Below are positions 9,031 through 19,660 of a DNA stretch of 64,000 bases, piece after piece. The translations under genes and the position numbers were made by a program. Under the pieces are notes generated by a model. The model had not been told where the DNA came from. It did not search any database and saw only the letters and a program-made list of their open reading frames with translations. The number at the start of each line of letters is the position of its first letter. Within the stretch, counting starts at the first letter, position 1. Origin of the DNA: Promethearchaeota archaeon (lineage in GTDB: Archaea > Asgardarchaeota > Lokiarchaeia > Sigyniarchaeales > SOKP01). The DNA is taken from positions 224,001 through 288,000 of the forward strand of contig JAUVNS010000002.1 of the NCBI GenBank assembly GCA_030599585.1, given 5' to 3'.

Positions 9031-10008
9031 ATGTTAGGAATAACTTTGTGGATACTAGTTTTTATCGGAAGTTATTTTATTATATTTTTTGCTGCTGACA
9101 TTTTTTTAGATAATTTGAAAGATATATGTGTTATCTACAATTTATCACCTTTTATTATTGGAATGTTGGTTCTTGGAATTGATCCTGAAGAATCAATTGC
9201 GTCCATAATCGCTGCTATTAACGGGCTACCTTACGTTTCTATTGGAAATGTGGTTGGTAATTCTATAATTGCTATGACATTACCATTTTCCTTAGCTTTA
9301 CTATTCTACACTTTGAAATTTAAATCGCTTTCAAAATTTTACTTCATATTATTATATATTTTGATAATTAATCTTCTTTTTAGCTTCCTATTTAACAATT
9401 TTATGTTTATATCCGGTTTAATCGCTTTGTGTGTTTATATTATCTATTTTTTTAGGAACCTGAGACATTACTCCCAAGAAAAGGATAGAAATACAGGAGA
9501 TATCGAAGAAGACCTAAAATTTAACGAAAAAAAACCGATGGAATTACAAGGATCCTCTAAAGCGAAGAAGATCTTTTTAACATCTATTGGGTTGGTTTTT
9601 ATTTTTATAGGAGGTGAATTACTAATTTTATCTGCGGATCAAATTATTGATATCCTGCATATACCCGAAGCGTTTTTTGGATTTATCATAATAGGGTTCG
9701 TCACTAATGTAGAGGAATTAACCTTGATTTTAAAATCGATAAAGAAAAAGGCTGTAGAAATTGGTTTCGGAGGTATGGTTGGCAAATTAATTTGGAATTT
9801 AACAATAACTTTCGGAATTAGCGGGGTTATCATGACACATATACCTTTTAAATTAATATTAATATGGAATTGGATAATATTATTACTAGTTATAGTATAT
9901 TTCAACCTTTCTTCTAGAAGAGAAAAACTTACCAAAAAAGATGGGTTAATTTTGTTGGTCTTCTTTATAGTTTTTATCATAATTAATGTTTTTTTAGCGG
10001 AAATTTAA
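9031..10008 (+). CDS. Na+/Ca2+ antiporter (CaCA/YrbG-like)
   Basis: Two alpha-repeat-like segments (DPEESIAS...IGNVVGNS; TNVEEL...GGMVGK), about 10 TM. Confidence 0.75.
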   Translation: MLGITLWILVFIGSYFIIFFAADIFLDNLKDICVIYNLSPFIIGMLVLGIDPEESIASIIAAINGLPYVSIGNVVGNSIIAMTLPFSLALLFYTLKFKSLSKFYFILLYILIINLLFSFLFNNFMFISGLIALCVYIIYFFRNLRHYSQEKDRNTGDIEEDLKFNEKKPMELQGSSKAKKIFLTSIGLVFIFIGGELLILSADQIIDILHIPEAFFGFIIIGFVTNVEELTLILKSIKKKAVEIGFGGMVGKLIWNLTITFGISGVIMTHIPFKLILIWNWIILLLVIVYFNLSSRREKLTKKDGLILLVFFIVFIIINVFLAEI

Positions 10009-10057
10009 TTTTACGTTCTATTCAATATTTTTATGCGTTCAATAATTCATTGATTTA

Positions 10058-10924
10058 ATGAGTTATACACTTGAAGATTTCACTTATATTGATACCCACT
10101 GTCATTTCTTTCCTCCTCAAATATTTAAATCAATCTGGAATTTTTTTGAAAGTCCCGATGAAGAGGGTAATCAACGAGGTTGGGATATAAAATATAAATT
10201 AACTACAGATGCGCAAATAAATTTTCTCGTAAATCACAGAGTTAAATATTTTACAACATATAATTACGCACATAAGTCAGGGATGGCTGAAAATTTAAAT
10301 GATTGGACTTATGAACTGATAAGAAAAAACAAACATGCACTACCTTTCGGGTGTGTATGGCCTGAAGATGCTAATCGAGTCGAATATATCCAGAAACTTC
10401 TCGATGAGTATAAGTTTTTAGGAATCAAATTGCAGTTGCTAGTTCAAAATTTTTATCCCAACGATGAGCGTATGCATGATATATACAAAATCGTTGTAGA
10501 TAGGGGAAAATGGATAACATTTCACGTTGGAACTGCCCCATACCATAACCAATTTGTTGGATATAAGAATTTTATTAAATTTATTGAAAAATACCCCAAC
10601 ATAAATGTCATCGTTGCTCACTTAGGTATCTATGAGAATCGTAAGTTTTTTGACTTGCTTGATAAGTATAACAATCTTTATTTAGACACAGCGATGGTCT
10701 ATTTACCTAAAGTCTTCACAAAAAAATGGAAAGAAAAAATTGATTATCCCTCTGAAGAAGAATTATTATCTTACGAGGATAGAATATTATTTGGAAGTGA
10801 TTTCCCTCTTATCTCATACGACTACTCTTGTTCTACTGAAGGATTGTTAAATCTAAACTTACCTAAATCTTTTTACAAAAAAGTATTCTTTGAAAACGCA
10901 AAAAAAATCTTTGGAATAAATTAA
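10058..10924 (+). CDS. Amidohydrolase family 2 protein
   Basis: IDTHCH, FHVG, IVAHLG, ILFGSDFP motifs. Confidence 0.9.
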   Translation: MSYTLEDFTYIDTHCHFFPPQIFKSIWNFFESPDEEGNQRGWDIKYKLTTDAQINFLVNHRVKYFTTYNYAHKSGMAENLNDWTYELIRKNKHALPFGCVWPEDANRVEYIQKLLDEYKFLGIKLQLLVQNFYPNDERMHDIYKIVVDRGKWITFHVGTAPYHNQFVGYKNFIKFIEKYPNINVIVAHLGIYENRKFFDLLDKYNNLYLDTAMVYLPKVFTKKWKEKIDYPSEEELLSYEDRILFGSDFPLISYDYSCSTEGLLNLNLPKSFYKKVFFENAKKIFGIN

Positions 10925-10946
10925 AGGATGTGCCTGTATATTGCTC

Positions 10947-12233
10947 CTATAATAATTTAAACAATTGTCTTAATGCTGAACTCATAATATAGGATTGAAT
11001 TTGTCTCGTTCCTCCTCCAATCTCTTGTAATCGAGTGATCCCTAATAAATCTTGCATTAAGGTATTATCGCAAACTCCAGCACCCCCCATTAAATTAGCA
11101 GACTCATAAACTACGCGTTCACACAATTTGGCACTTAGAAATTTTAGTTGAGAAGCAGTCGTCCCAAGAGCTAAATTGAAGTCTTTAGGTAAGGTTCCAA
11201 ATTTCTCCATTTTTTCGTCTATCATCTGACACACATTTAGAGTTGATAACGTCATATTCATTGTTTGCGCCCATAGATCTGCTAAAGTAAATCCAACTCC
11301 TTGATATTTTAAGATTTCCTTATTAAATTGCTTTCTCATGTTAGCGTAAATAACAGCGTGACTAATAGCGTTCCATGCCTCTGCGGTGTTCATGCATACG
11401 ATCGTTAATCGCTCTAAATTAAGCCCTTCAAATAGGTGTGACTTTCCATCACCTGGTTTACCTAGCACGCAATCAAAAGGAACAGTTAAATTAGTAAGAG
11501 ATTCCTTGGCAACGTGCATCCTTGGTGTCCACGGTATGTTAAGTCGCTCAGCCGTCCATCCTTCGCTCGATGTATCGACTAAAAATTGAGCCATAGTATT
11601 TCCATTGTTCTTTTCTGTTACAGCGTAAACAACCGCCCAGTTTGCTTTACTTCCGTTAGTTTGATATGTTTTTTCTCCGTTGAGAACAAAACTTCCGTCG
11701 TCTTGTTCCTTACAAGTTGTTAGCATGTGGACTGCGTCAGAACCTCTTTCAGGCTCGGTTATACAAATACAACCTATTTTTTCCCCTGTTACTAATTCTT
11801 TTAGCGCTTTTAAACGCTTTTCAACATTTTCGTGGTGGAGTAAAATTGGATTTACAGAAATTGCGGTAGCTCCAGTAGCCATTGTTAATTGAGGATCGAA
11901 AAAATCCATGGCTAAGATTCTCATAAATTCAGTAGTCATTCCGTGTGGTTCATAATTTAAACCGATATCCTCAAATTTGTGTAACCGGGAAATATATCCG
12001 TTTTTGCCTATTTCTGGTATCCATTCGTAGAAATCTTCGTTATGCGTTATATGATTAGTTTTTTCAAAAGTCTCGAAAAACTTCTGAGCTTGTTTAAGGA
12101 AATTAAGATGTTTTGGTTTTAGATAACTCATTAAATTGAAATTTAAAAACTTATTCCGGGTCTTTAACGAGAGTTTTTCGAGAATCTCATCGTCAATACA
12201 TTGAACTTTACCTTTTTTGATACTCATTTTCAT
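10947..12233 (-). CDS. Acyl-CoA dehydrogenase
   Basis: CITEPERGSD, LNGEKTYQTNG, RKQFNK, MGGAG...EIGGGTRQIQ. Confidence 0.9.
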   Translation of the reverse strand: MKMSIKKGKVQCIDDEILEKLSLKTRNKFLNFNLMSYLKPKHLNFLKQAQKFFETFEKTNHITHNEDFYEWIPEIGKNGYISRLHKFEDIGLNYEPHGMTTEFMRILAMDFFDPQLTMATGATAISVNPILLHHENVEKRLKALKELVTGEKIGCICITEPERGSDAVHMLTTCKEQDDGSFVLNGEKTYQTNGSKANWAVVYAVTEKNNGNTMAQFLVDTSSEGWTAERLNIPWTPRMHVAKESLTNLTVPFDCVLGKPGDGKSHLFEGLNLERLTIVCMNTAEAWNAISHAVIYANMRKQFNKEILKYQGVGFTLADLWAQTMNMTLSTLNVCQMIDEKMEKFGTLPKDFNLALGTTASQLKFLSAKLCERVVYESANLMGGAGVCDNTLMQDLLGITRLQEIGGGTRQIQSYIMSSALRQLFKLL

Positions 12234-12259
12234 TCACTTTTTGATTTATTTTTTTAGTC

Positions 12260-13069
12260 TTAAATTCCTCGGTCTTTCCATTCTGGTTTTCTCTTCTGAA
12301 GAAATGCCTTAGCGCCTTCGGTGTGTTTGTCTCTTCTAGCAAACATAGACATGATACCTTCGGTTTCAATAAAAGTTCTTTCTTCAACGGTTCGACCAAC
12401 GCACCGTACTACAGTTTCTTTATCCGTGCGAATAGCCCCTTGGGGCAACTTACAAATAGATAAAGCCAATTCTCTAGCTCTTTCCATCAGTTGATCGTGA
12501 GGGACTACTTCGTTAACTAAACCGATACGATAGGCTTCTTGAGCGTCTATTACTCGCCCGGTGATAATGAGTTCCATGGCACGGGAGTAGCCAATTACAA
12601 GGGGTAACCTAACACATAATCCATCACCTGCGACTATGTTCCATCGTCTTTCTGTAGCTCCAAATTTAGCATTCTCTGATGCGATTCGAATGTCTGCTAA
12701 AAGACAATTTTCTAAACCAGCAGCGTAAGTGTAGCCATTAATAGCTGCTATTATTGGTTTAAAAATATCAAATTTTTTAGTATATCCACAGAAGCCATCA
12801 ATTCCATGGACTGCAATACGAAACTGATCGTAATCATCCATATTTTCAAGAGCTGCAGCATCGTTAAGATCCCATCCTGCTGAAAACGCTTTATCACCTG
12901 CCCCCGTAAAAATAGCAACTAAGGCATCTTCATCATCTCGAAAACATTTCCAAGCGTCCTGCAATTCTAAATTAGTTTCGTTGTTTATGCAATTACGAAC
13001 CTCTGGACGATTAATTGTTATCGTTACAACTTGATCTTCCTTTTCATACAAAATATTTTTAAAATCCAT
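12260..13069 (-). CDS. Enoyl-CoA hydratase/isomerase
   Basis: INRPEVRN, AFSAGWDL, KPIIAAING, DAQEAYRIGLVN. Confidence 0.92.
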   Translation of the reverse strand: MDFKNILYEKEDQVVTITINRPEVRNCINNETNLELQDAWKCFRDDEDALVAIFTGAGDKAFSAGWDLNDAAALENMDDYDQFRIAVHGIDGFCGYTKKFDIFKPIIAAINGYTYAAGLENCLLADIRIASENAKFGATERRWNIVAGDGLCVRLPLVIGYSRAMELIITGRVIDAQEAYRIGLVNEVVPHDQLMERARELALSICKLPQGAIRTDKETVVRCVGRTVEERTFIETEGIMSMFARRDKHTEGAKAFLQKRKPEWKDRGI

Positions 13070-13183
13070 CTTACTCTTCCCTTGGTAGAATTGTTTTTTT
13101 TTAATTAGTTTTTTTTATTGTTCATTGTTTAAAACTTTTTAATTTTGAAGCTTTTCTAATATTATTAAATCTTAAAAATACAA

Positions 13184-14332
13184 TTGATTATAATGTCTGA
13201 CGAAAAATATAAAAAAGCAGCTCACATAATTATTAAGGCTGGAGTTCTCCCAACTCCCGTTAACAAAACTTTAATAGAAATATTAAAATTGCTATTAACT
13301 GAGGAAGAATTGGATTTTATCGATGCGTTCAAGAGGAAAACTTCACAAACAATGGAACAGCTAAAGAAGAGTAGTAAATTACCAGAGGCTCAAATTTTAT
13401 CATTTGTTAAAGAATTAGCAAAGAAAGGATTTATATTTAATCAACCAAGTTCAAAAGGTTTGATGGTTTATAGGTTACTGCCTCTGCTAATGGTCGGTGC
13501 ATTTGAGTATCTTTACATGAAAAAAATTGAACACAATGAAATTAATAAGAAACTCGCAAAAATGTTTTTAGATTACTTCGAAGAAACTAAGGATTTCATC
13601 CAAGGTAATTACGAGCAAGTCTTGCCTATTTTTGAAAAAATGCTTCCAATAGATAGGACTATGCCAATTTTAGCTAAAACACTTCAAGGAGAAGAGATAA
13701 ATCTATCTATTAACGAGGAAATAGAAGTTCCCGAAGAAGTTATAATCCCAACTCAGAAAGTTGAAGAGTTAATAGAAAAATTCGAAGACATCTCTGTAGG
13801 ACATTGTTTTTGTCGCCATCACAGAGATATATTGGGCAAGCCATGTAAACACACTGATCTGAGAGAAAATTGTTTTACTTTTGGCAAATCTGCTAGATAT
13901 ATAGCAGAACAAGGTTTCGGACGTTCAGTATCAAAGGAAGAGGCCTTAGATATAATGAAGAAGTCTGAAGATGATGGATTAGTCCACAAAGCTTTTCATC
14001 CTCATTCTAATATTTCAAAAGTAGAAACGAGTATTTGTAATTGTTGTAAAGATTGTTGTGGCACTTTAGAATGGTGGAGAATGGGAATGGTCGCTTTAAT
14101 TAATTCAACGAATTTTCTATCGGAAATAAATCCGGATTTATGTAGCGGATGCGGTGTTTGCGTCGAAAAATGTCCCGTAGATGCAATAGAATTGAACGAT
14201 AGCGATATTGCCGAAGTCAATGCGGAATACTGTTTTGGTTGTGGGGTTTGTGCCCATTTCTGTCCTGAAAATGCAATAACTTTGCTTGAAGGTATGCGAA
14301 AAGTATATGTTCCGCCCCCTAAATTAAGATAA
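13184..14332 (+). CDS. 4Fe-4S dicluster protein with N-terminal HTH-like region (likely start ATG 13193)
   Basis: CFCR, CNCCKDCC and two CxxCxxCxxxCP motifs. Confidence 0.75.
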   Translation: MIIMSDEKYKKAAHIIIKAGVLPTPVNKTLIEILKLLLTEEELDFIDAFKRKTSQTMEQLKKSSKLPEAQILSFVKELAKKGFIFNQPSSKGLMVYRLLPLLMVGAFEYLYMKKIEHNEINKKLAKMFLDYFEETKDFIQGNYEQVLPIFEKMLPIDRTMPILAKTLQGEEINLSINEEIEVPEEVIIPTQKVEELIEKFEDISVGHCFCRHHRDILGKPCKHTDLRENCFTFGKSARYIAEQGFGRSVSKEEALDIMKKSEDDGLVHKAFHPHSNISKVETSICNCCKDCCGTLEWWRMGMVALINSTNFLSEINPDLCSGCGVCVEKCPVDAIELNDSDIAEVNAEYCFGCGVCAHFCPENAITLLEGMRKVYVPPPKLR

Positions 14333-14386
14333 TTAGCTTCTGTTAAATTGCTAATTTTCAACTTATTTTCTTTTTAATCCATTAAA

Positions 14387-15226
14387 TTAAAAAAGCGCTA
14401 AGCTGAAAGCCATTATTATCATTCCAGACATAATGCCTAAAATTGAATGATGTTCTTTACCAAGTGATCGAGAAGCAGGTAAAAGTTCGTCTAATGAAAT
14501 ATAAACCATGACGCCCCCTACAACACCTAACAAAGCACTTAAAAGAGCAGGGGTGATAAAAGGAAAAAGGATCACCCAAGTTATCAAAGCTCCGACTGGT
14601 TCGCTCATTCCTGAGATAAATGACCACTTAAACGCTTTCTTCCTACTACCAGTATAAGCGTAAATTGGCAAGGATACCGCTATTCCTTCTGGAATATTAT
14701 GCAGCGTAATAGCTAGAGTTAATAGAAGCCCAAGTTCTATTTCAGCTATTGTACCAATAAAGGTTGCCATGCCTTCGGGAAAATTATGAATGAATACGCC
14801 CAAAATAATGAATAATGTTGTTTTTTCGATTTTTAAATTCTTCTTTTCTCCGTTAAAATGTTTCCGATGTATATGGCCGTAATGAAGATGGGGTTTATAA
14901 CTACCATTATCATTAACAAGAATCTCGACTGAATCCTCAAATTCATATTTGTGCGAAACTAACACATCAATTAAAAACATACTTCCCATTCCCAAAAAGA
15001 AGAAAAAGACTCCCAGTCCATAGCCAATTGATGCTATACTACTTAGAAGCAATTCTACAAATGATATAAAAATCATAACACCTGCAGAAAATCCCATAAC
15101 AAAGGAAATAAATTTAGGATTAGGTTTTTTGACAATGAAGGCGATAACACTTCCAATTGTGGTTGATAACCCAGCAAATAAGCTTAATAAGAATGCAAAT
15201 AGAAAATCTTCCAATGCAGTATTCAC
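14387..15226 (-). CDS. zupT: ZIP-family metal transporter
   Basis: IHNFPEG and LHNIPEG motifs, His-rich loop. Confidence 0.9.
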   Translation of the reverse strand: MNTALEDFLFAFLLSLFAGLSTTIGSVIAFIVKKPNPKFISFVMGFSAGVMIFISFVELLLSSIASIGYGLGVFFFFLGMGSMFLIDVLVSHKYEFEDSVEILVNDNGSYKPHLHYGHIHRKHFNGEKKNLKIEKTTLFIILGVFIHNFPEGMATFIGTIAEIELGLLLTLAITLHNIPEGIAVSLPIYAYTGSRKKAFKWSFISGMSEPVGALITWVILFPFITPALLSALLGVVGGVMVYISLDELLPASRSLGKEHHSILGIMSGMIIMAFSLALF

Positions 15227-15476
15227 TAATTTAGGTAACTCTAAATTAATGAATTAATAGTCAATATTTATAAGTTTTGATATCTAAATCTTATAAAATT
15301 TCTATAATTGATTAAAATTCATAGATAGAGCGTTATGATATTTGTTAGGGCATCAAGATTATACGAAAGAAAAAGTTTTGAAAGATTTTACGATTATTTA
15401 TAATTTTCTTGAAATTATTATTAAGATTGATACATTTCACTATTTAAAGATTTAACATTTAATTTAGGATTTATAG

Positions 15477-16505
15477 ATGAGAGAAGTAAACCAAGACGAT
15501 AAGCTTTTCTTTTTTGAAAGAAGTTTTATTACGTTAGATGGGCTTTGGATGATTGAGACCGAAGAAATGACTAATTGGGAAGTTGCTTTAAAGATTGATC
15601 TAATTGTATGGAAAAAATTACTAAAGGTAATTATCCGAAGATTGAAAAAATATTTAAACTTAGAAAAGAACGATCTTACCAATTTAATCAAGATTCTTAC
15701 TTTCAGATGGTCTATAGAAGGCTGGAAGTATAACTTAATATCACAGAATGCCGCTAAAGTCAAAATTTTAGTAAAGCAATGTCCTTATAAATCTGCCATG
15801 GATCGTAATCCAGAACGAACTGAAAAACAATCTTTAATATGTAAAAACATGTGTATTCCTTTCTACAAAGCAATTACTAATGATTTTAATGAGAATTTAG
15901 ATTTAGAAAGGAACAATATCATGGGCTTAGGCGATGATTACTGCGATTTTACATTTTCCTTTGACAATAAATCTTTTGAAGAAGCAGAAAATGATGAGTC
16001 CTTTACAAAAATTATTGAACCTAATAATGCTGATAAGTTATTTTATTTTGAAAAGAATTTTAGAACACTCGACGGATTATGGGTAATAGAAACAGAGAAT
16101 GAATTAGGTTGGGACGCAACTCTAAAGCTTGATATAATAGTGTGGCAAAGGTTATATAAAATCGTATTTCGCAGGGTGAAAAAGTATTTGAACATCAAAG
16201 GAAACTCTCTAAGTGATTTAATTGAAATACTTTCTTTTGTATGGAATTGTGAAGGTAATGTCCACGACATTTTTCAAGCAGGGAAGGACTATTTTACAAT
16301 AAGTATCGTTGAATGCCCTTACATAGCAGCAATGGAAAGAAATCCAGATAGGCATAATAGAATCGAGTCTATATGTAAAGACATGTGTATTCCATATTTA
16401 CAACCTGTTATTAATGAATTTAATCCTAAAATTGAAATAACAAGAGATAAATTTATAGGTTTAGGCGATTCAGTTTGCAATATTATTCTAAATTTAAAAG
16501 ATTAA
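15477..16505 (+). CDS. Tandem two-domain protein of DUF6125/V4R-like (ATC-hydrolase-like) type
   Basis: Internal duplication: DKLFFFERSFITLDGLWMIETE / DKLFYFEKNFRTLDGLWVIETE; each half has CPY...C..MC...GDxxC. Confidence 0.6.
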   Translation: MREVNQDDKLFFFERSFITLDGLWMIETEEMTNWEVALKIDLIVWKKLLKVIIRRLKKYLNLEKNDLTNLIKILTFRWSIEGWKYNLISQNAAKVKILVKQCPYKSAMDRNPERTEKQSLICKNMCIPFYKAITNDFNENLDLERNNIMGLGDDYCDFTFSFDNKSFEEAENDESFTKIIEPNNADKLFYFEKNFRTLDGLWVIETENELGWDATLKLDIIVWQRLYKIVFRRVKKYLNIKGNSLSDLIEILSFVWNCEGNVHDIFQAGKDYFTISIVECPYIAAMERNPDRHNRIESICKDMCIPYLQPVINEFNPKIEITRDKFIGLGDSVCNIILNLKD

Positions 16506-16530
16506 ATTGATAATAAGATTCAATCAATAG

Positions 16531-18396
16531 TTAATCGTAAACTTTCTTATAAAAGTCTATTCGGTTTTTAATGTCTAAAACTACCATATCTCGTTCGTTA
16601 TTTTCTAAATCATAGAGATCAAAAATAATATCTTCAACTTCTCGAATATTGGATAAGTTATCTTCATTATAAATTCCATTACTTCTTTGAAGAGAGTTTG
16701 TTATATTTCGGACAAGTTCGCTTAATTTCTTTTTTCGGTCAGAGGGGGCATTCTTAACTGGCAAATGTCGGATCATATATTGGTTTAGATTTATTGTCGT
16801 ATTTTGCTGAGAGTTTATTCCGTACAGGCAATAATATTGCATAAGAGAAGAATTTAGGATTGCGCTAATGTACTTTAACTCTATATGATCATCGCTGATT
16901 ATTGAATAGATTGAAGATGTAAAACATACCTTATCTTTACAAAAAACGGATTGAGGAAAAATACTATTATGCTTAATTAATAGCTTTGGTTTGATATAAA
17001 ATTCGAAATTAGAGCCCTTTAAAATTCTTGGATCTGTTTTTTCGATGTCAAACGACTTATCTTTATTAAAATAGTAATAATTAAAATCCTCTTTTGCTTT
17101 TATGAAATAGCAACTATTGTTTGTATTTTCTTCGATGAGAGCTCTGATCTGTTGTAACCCTTTAGCTTCTTCTCCTCTAATCATGTTTGGGATTCGTTCG
17201 ATGTTGAGATAATTTACATCTCCGGATTTTTCAATTTTATTGATAAGATTCAATATTTTTCTACTTGGTTTAATCCTAATGCGATTTAAAGCTATAGTTT
17301 TAAAATTACAATATGGACAGTTCAAATCTGGTGTATAAATGTAAATTTTTTTAGAATGAGCACTTAAAGGGCAAGTTTTATTAAAGCAAACCCTTAAAGT
17401 ATCGACTTTTTGGGCGGTGTATTTAGCAATTTCGGTATTTGGATACTGAAAGACCTCTATATCTTTAATCGTATCACTTTTTTTTTCATAGAATAGAATT
17501 TGTACTTCATTTGTAGCTTTAGCAAATAAATTTGGACCAATATCGTATATTTTAAGTAAATTAGCTTTAGAAAACAGAATCTGCCTGAATTTAACATATC
17601 CTTGCCTAAGTAAAAAACTCTTAGGTACAAGGTACCCTATAATACCTTTTGTCCAATTCAGAGATTTTAATAAAAAAGCACAGTAAACATCGTTATAAAA
17701 AATATTTTCAGATTTTAATTGCATTTTCTGATTCTTATCAAGAATGTTTCCATAAGGGGGGTTTCCAATAATTAGATCAAATTTAAAATCTTTTTTTCTC
17801 ACTAAACTATCTTCAAGTGTGATATTAGAATTTAGAATTAATAAGAGCTTTGAATCATATGAATTGTTTTTATCATAATATTGGTTAAATAATTTTAAAA
17901 TACAGAGTTTCCTCGAATTTTGGTTAATTTCAGAACCATAAAGATTCTTATATATGTGAAATTTGATTTCTTCAGGGTTAGAGTCTAGTTCAAGAGTTTG
18001 TAATAACCCTAAGATAATTTTAAAGGCAGTAAGAAGAAAAACGCCTGTCCCACAAGCAGGGTCAAGTATACTAAAGTTTAACAACCTTTCCTTAATTTTT
18101 TCTCTTCCCTCTTTATTCAACTTGTGAATATCGTCGATTGATTTAATCTTGTAGTTTTCCAAATAGTTGTCGAAGAACAAAATTAAACCCTGAGTAATTA
18201 TAAAATCTGCTATTGAATGTCGAGTATAAAATGCCCCCTCTTTTTTCTTATTATGATATACTCTTAGAAAATTAGATTCAATATTAGGAATTGAGCTCAA
18301 ACACGCTGTTGTTTTCTCGTGATTTCCAGTTTCAATAGAATTTAGAAGATTCTCGTATAATGAGTCAACGCTTAGATCTTTTTCCTTGTCTTTCAT
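16531..18396 (-). CDS. N6-adenine DNA methyltransferase (Eco57I/TaqI-like, gamma order), orphan
   Basis: GAFYT, motif I ILDPACGTGVFL, motif IV IIGNPPY, C-terminal YISAILNS...LPV TRD region. Confidence 0.85.
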   Translation of the reverse strand: MKDKEKDLSVDSLYENLLNSIETGNHEKTTACLSSIPNIESNFLRVYHNKKKEGAFYTRHSIADFIITQGLILFFDNYLENYKIKSIDDIHKLNKEGREKIKERLLNFSILDPACGTGVFLLTAFKIILGLLQTLELDSNPEEIKFHIYKNLYGSEINQNSRKLCILKLFNQYYDKNNSYDSKLLLILNSNITLEDSLVRKKDFKFDLIIGNPPYGNILDKNQKMQLKSENIFYNDVYCAFLLKSLNWTKGIIGYLVPKSFLLRQGYVKFRQILFSKANLLKIYDIGPNLFAKATNEVQILFYEKKSDTIKDIEVFQYPNTEIAKYTAQKVDTLRVCFNKTCPLSAHSKKIYIYTPDLNCPYCNFKTIALNRIRIKPSRKILNLINKIEKSGDVNYLNIERIPNMIRGEEAKGLQQIRALIEENTNNSCYFIKAKEDFNYYYFNKDKSFDIEKTDPRILKGSNFEFYIKPKLLIKHNSIFPQSVFCKDKVCFTSSIYSIISDDHIELKYISAILNSSLMQYYCLYGINSQQNTTINLNQYMIRHLPVKNAPSDRKKKLSELVRNITNSLQRSNGIYNEDNLSNIREVEDIIFDLYDLENNERDMVVLDIKNRIDFYKKVYD

Positions 18397-18507
18397 TATA
18401 GCAACTTTTATCCTTCTTCAGTTCAAATTAATTTAGGTATTATGACTGAATATGATGTTTTAATTATATTTCAACTCTTATATGGTATATTCTTTATGTT
18501 TTTATAG

Positions 18508-19026
18508 TTGTATTTATTTATTAAGATCAGAAGCATGACAAATAACGAAGAAGAAAAAGACGGAGTTGCTCCAATCAAACCTATTATAAAAAAATTGAAA
18601 AAGGAATACGATAAAGACCCAAATGATTGGAGAGTGATTGGATCTAAAGACGAACATGGAAATACAGACACATTTATTACAAAAAAACCCAACGCTTATT
18701 GGCTTAAGTCAAAAATGTTAAGTCCTTATTCTTCTTTGAGTATGGGCTCGATTGTTCGTAACATTGACCGTGATATAGATGAATCTCTGGGAATTGGGAA
18801 AAACTTAAGTCCTGATGAAATGCTTCGCTTGTTTGGTATGGTTGTTCCTATTAAAAATAATCGGAATATAGTTGCTGCAGGGATCGAAAAATATTCTCAA
18901 ACAGATGGAGATTATTTAAAGAAGATAATAAGCGAAAGAGATGCGAACTTAGGCCCACAAATGGTAAAGAGGATCGACGAAGAATTCACTAAAAAACATC
19001 CTCAAAGAAAGAATTTATACATCTAA
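18508..19026 (+). CDS. Hypothetical protein (likely start ATG 18535)
   Basis: Open 172-aa ORF with protein-like composition. Confidence 0.6.
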   Translation: MYLFIKIRSMTNNEEEKDGVAPIKPIIKKLKKEYDKDPNDWRVIGSKDEHGNTDTFITKKPNAYWLKSKMLSPYSSLSMGSIVRNIDRDIDESLGIGKNLSPDEMLRLFGMVVPIKNNRNIVAAGIEKYSQTDGDYLKKIISERDANLGPQMVKRIDEEFTKKHPQRKNLYI

Positions 19027-19093
19027 AAACTAATTTCTTTCATGATCTAAAGAATTAAAGGTAAAGTTAGAATCTAAAATCTTGTAGAATAAT

Positions 19094-19507
19094 TTAAACT
19101 TTACTAAGTAATGTTCCAAGTTCGTCCTTATTTTTGATAATTGGTAAATTAGCTGAATATTTAGTGGAATTATTCACCAATTCAGTGATAATTGCATTCA
19201 TTTTTTCAGGACCATTTTTTCCTTCAAGAGTTATAGCAAATTCTTTAAACATAGGGATTTTAAGGTCCTCAACATAGAAAGACACTCCTTTCTCGACCTC
19301 TTCCATTAAAAATTGAAAGGATAAATCCGCTGATCTCTCGGTAACAAAAAAAGGATTATCAGGTTCTTCGAAAGTATAAGAAACCTCTTTCCAACGAGCT
19401 CCACCTGCATCCATAGGGACCATTCCAAAAATATAATCACTTGTAAAAATCCAAAATGGCGTTCCATTATCGTACGATGATTCCACAATTGCTTTGAAGT
19501 CAGTCAT
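19094..19507 (-). CDS. Hypothetical protein
   Basis: 137-aa ORF, protein-like composition. Confidence 0.6.
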   Translation of the reverse strand: MTDFKAIVESSYDNGTPFWIFTSDYIFGMVPMDAGGARWKEVSYTFEEPDNPFFVTERSADLSFQFLMEEVEKGVSFYVEDLKIPMFKEFAITLEGKNGPEKMNAIITELVNNSTKYSANLPIIKNKDELGTLLSKV

Positions 19508-19660
19508 TCTAGTTCAATTTGTTCTAATTTTCTTATAATATAGATATATGATAATAAAGAGTGTTTTTTTTAATTAATAATCTTAGAAATCTTATTTGAA
19601 TCTTTCTTTTTGGTTTACTTATAAATGAGTTTTTAATAAAAAAAAGATTAATAGAAATTA

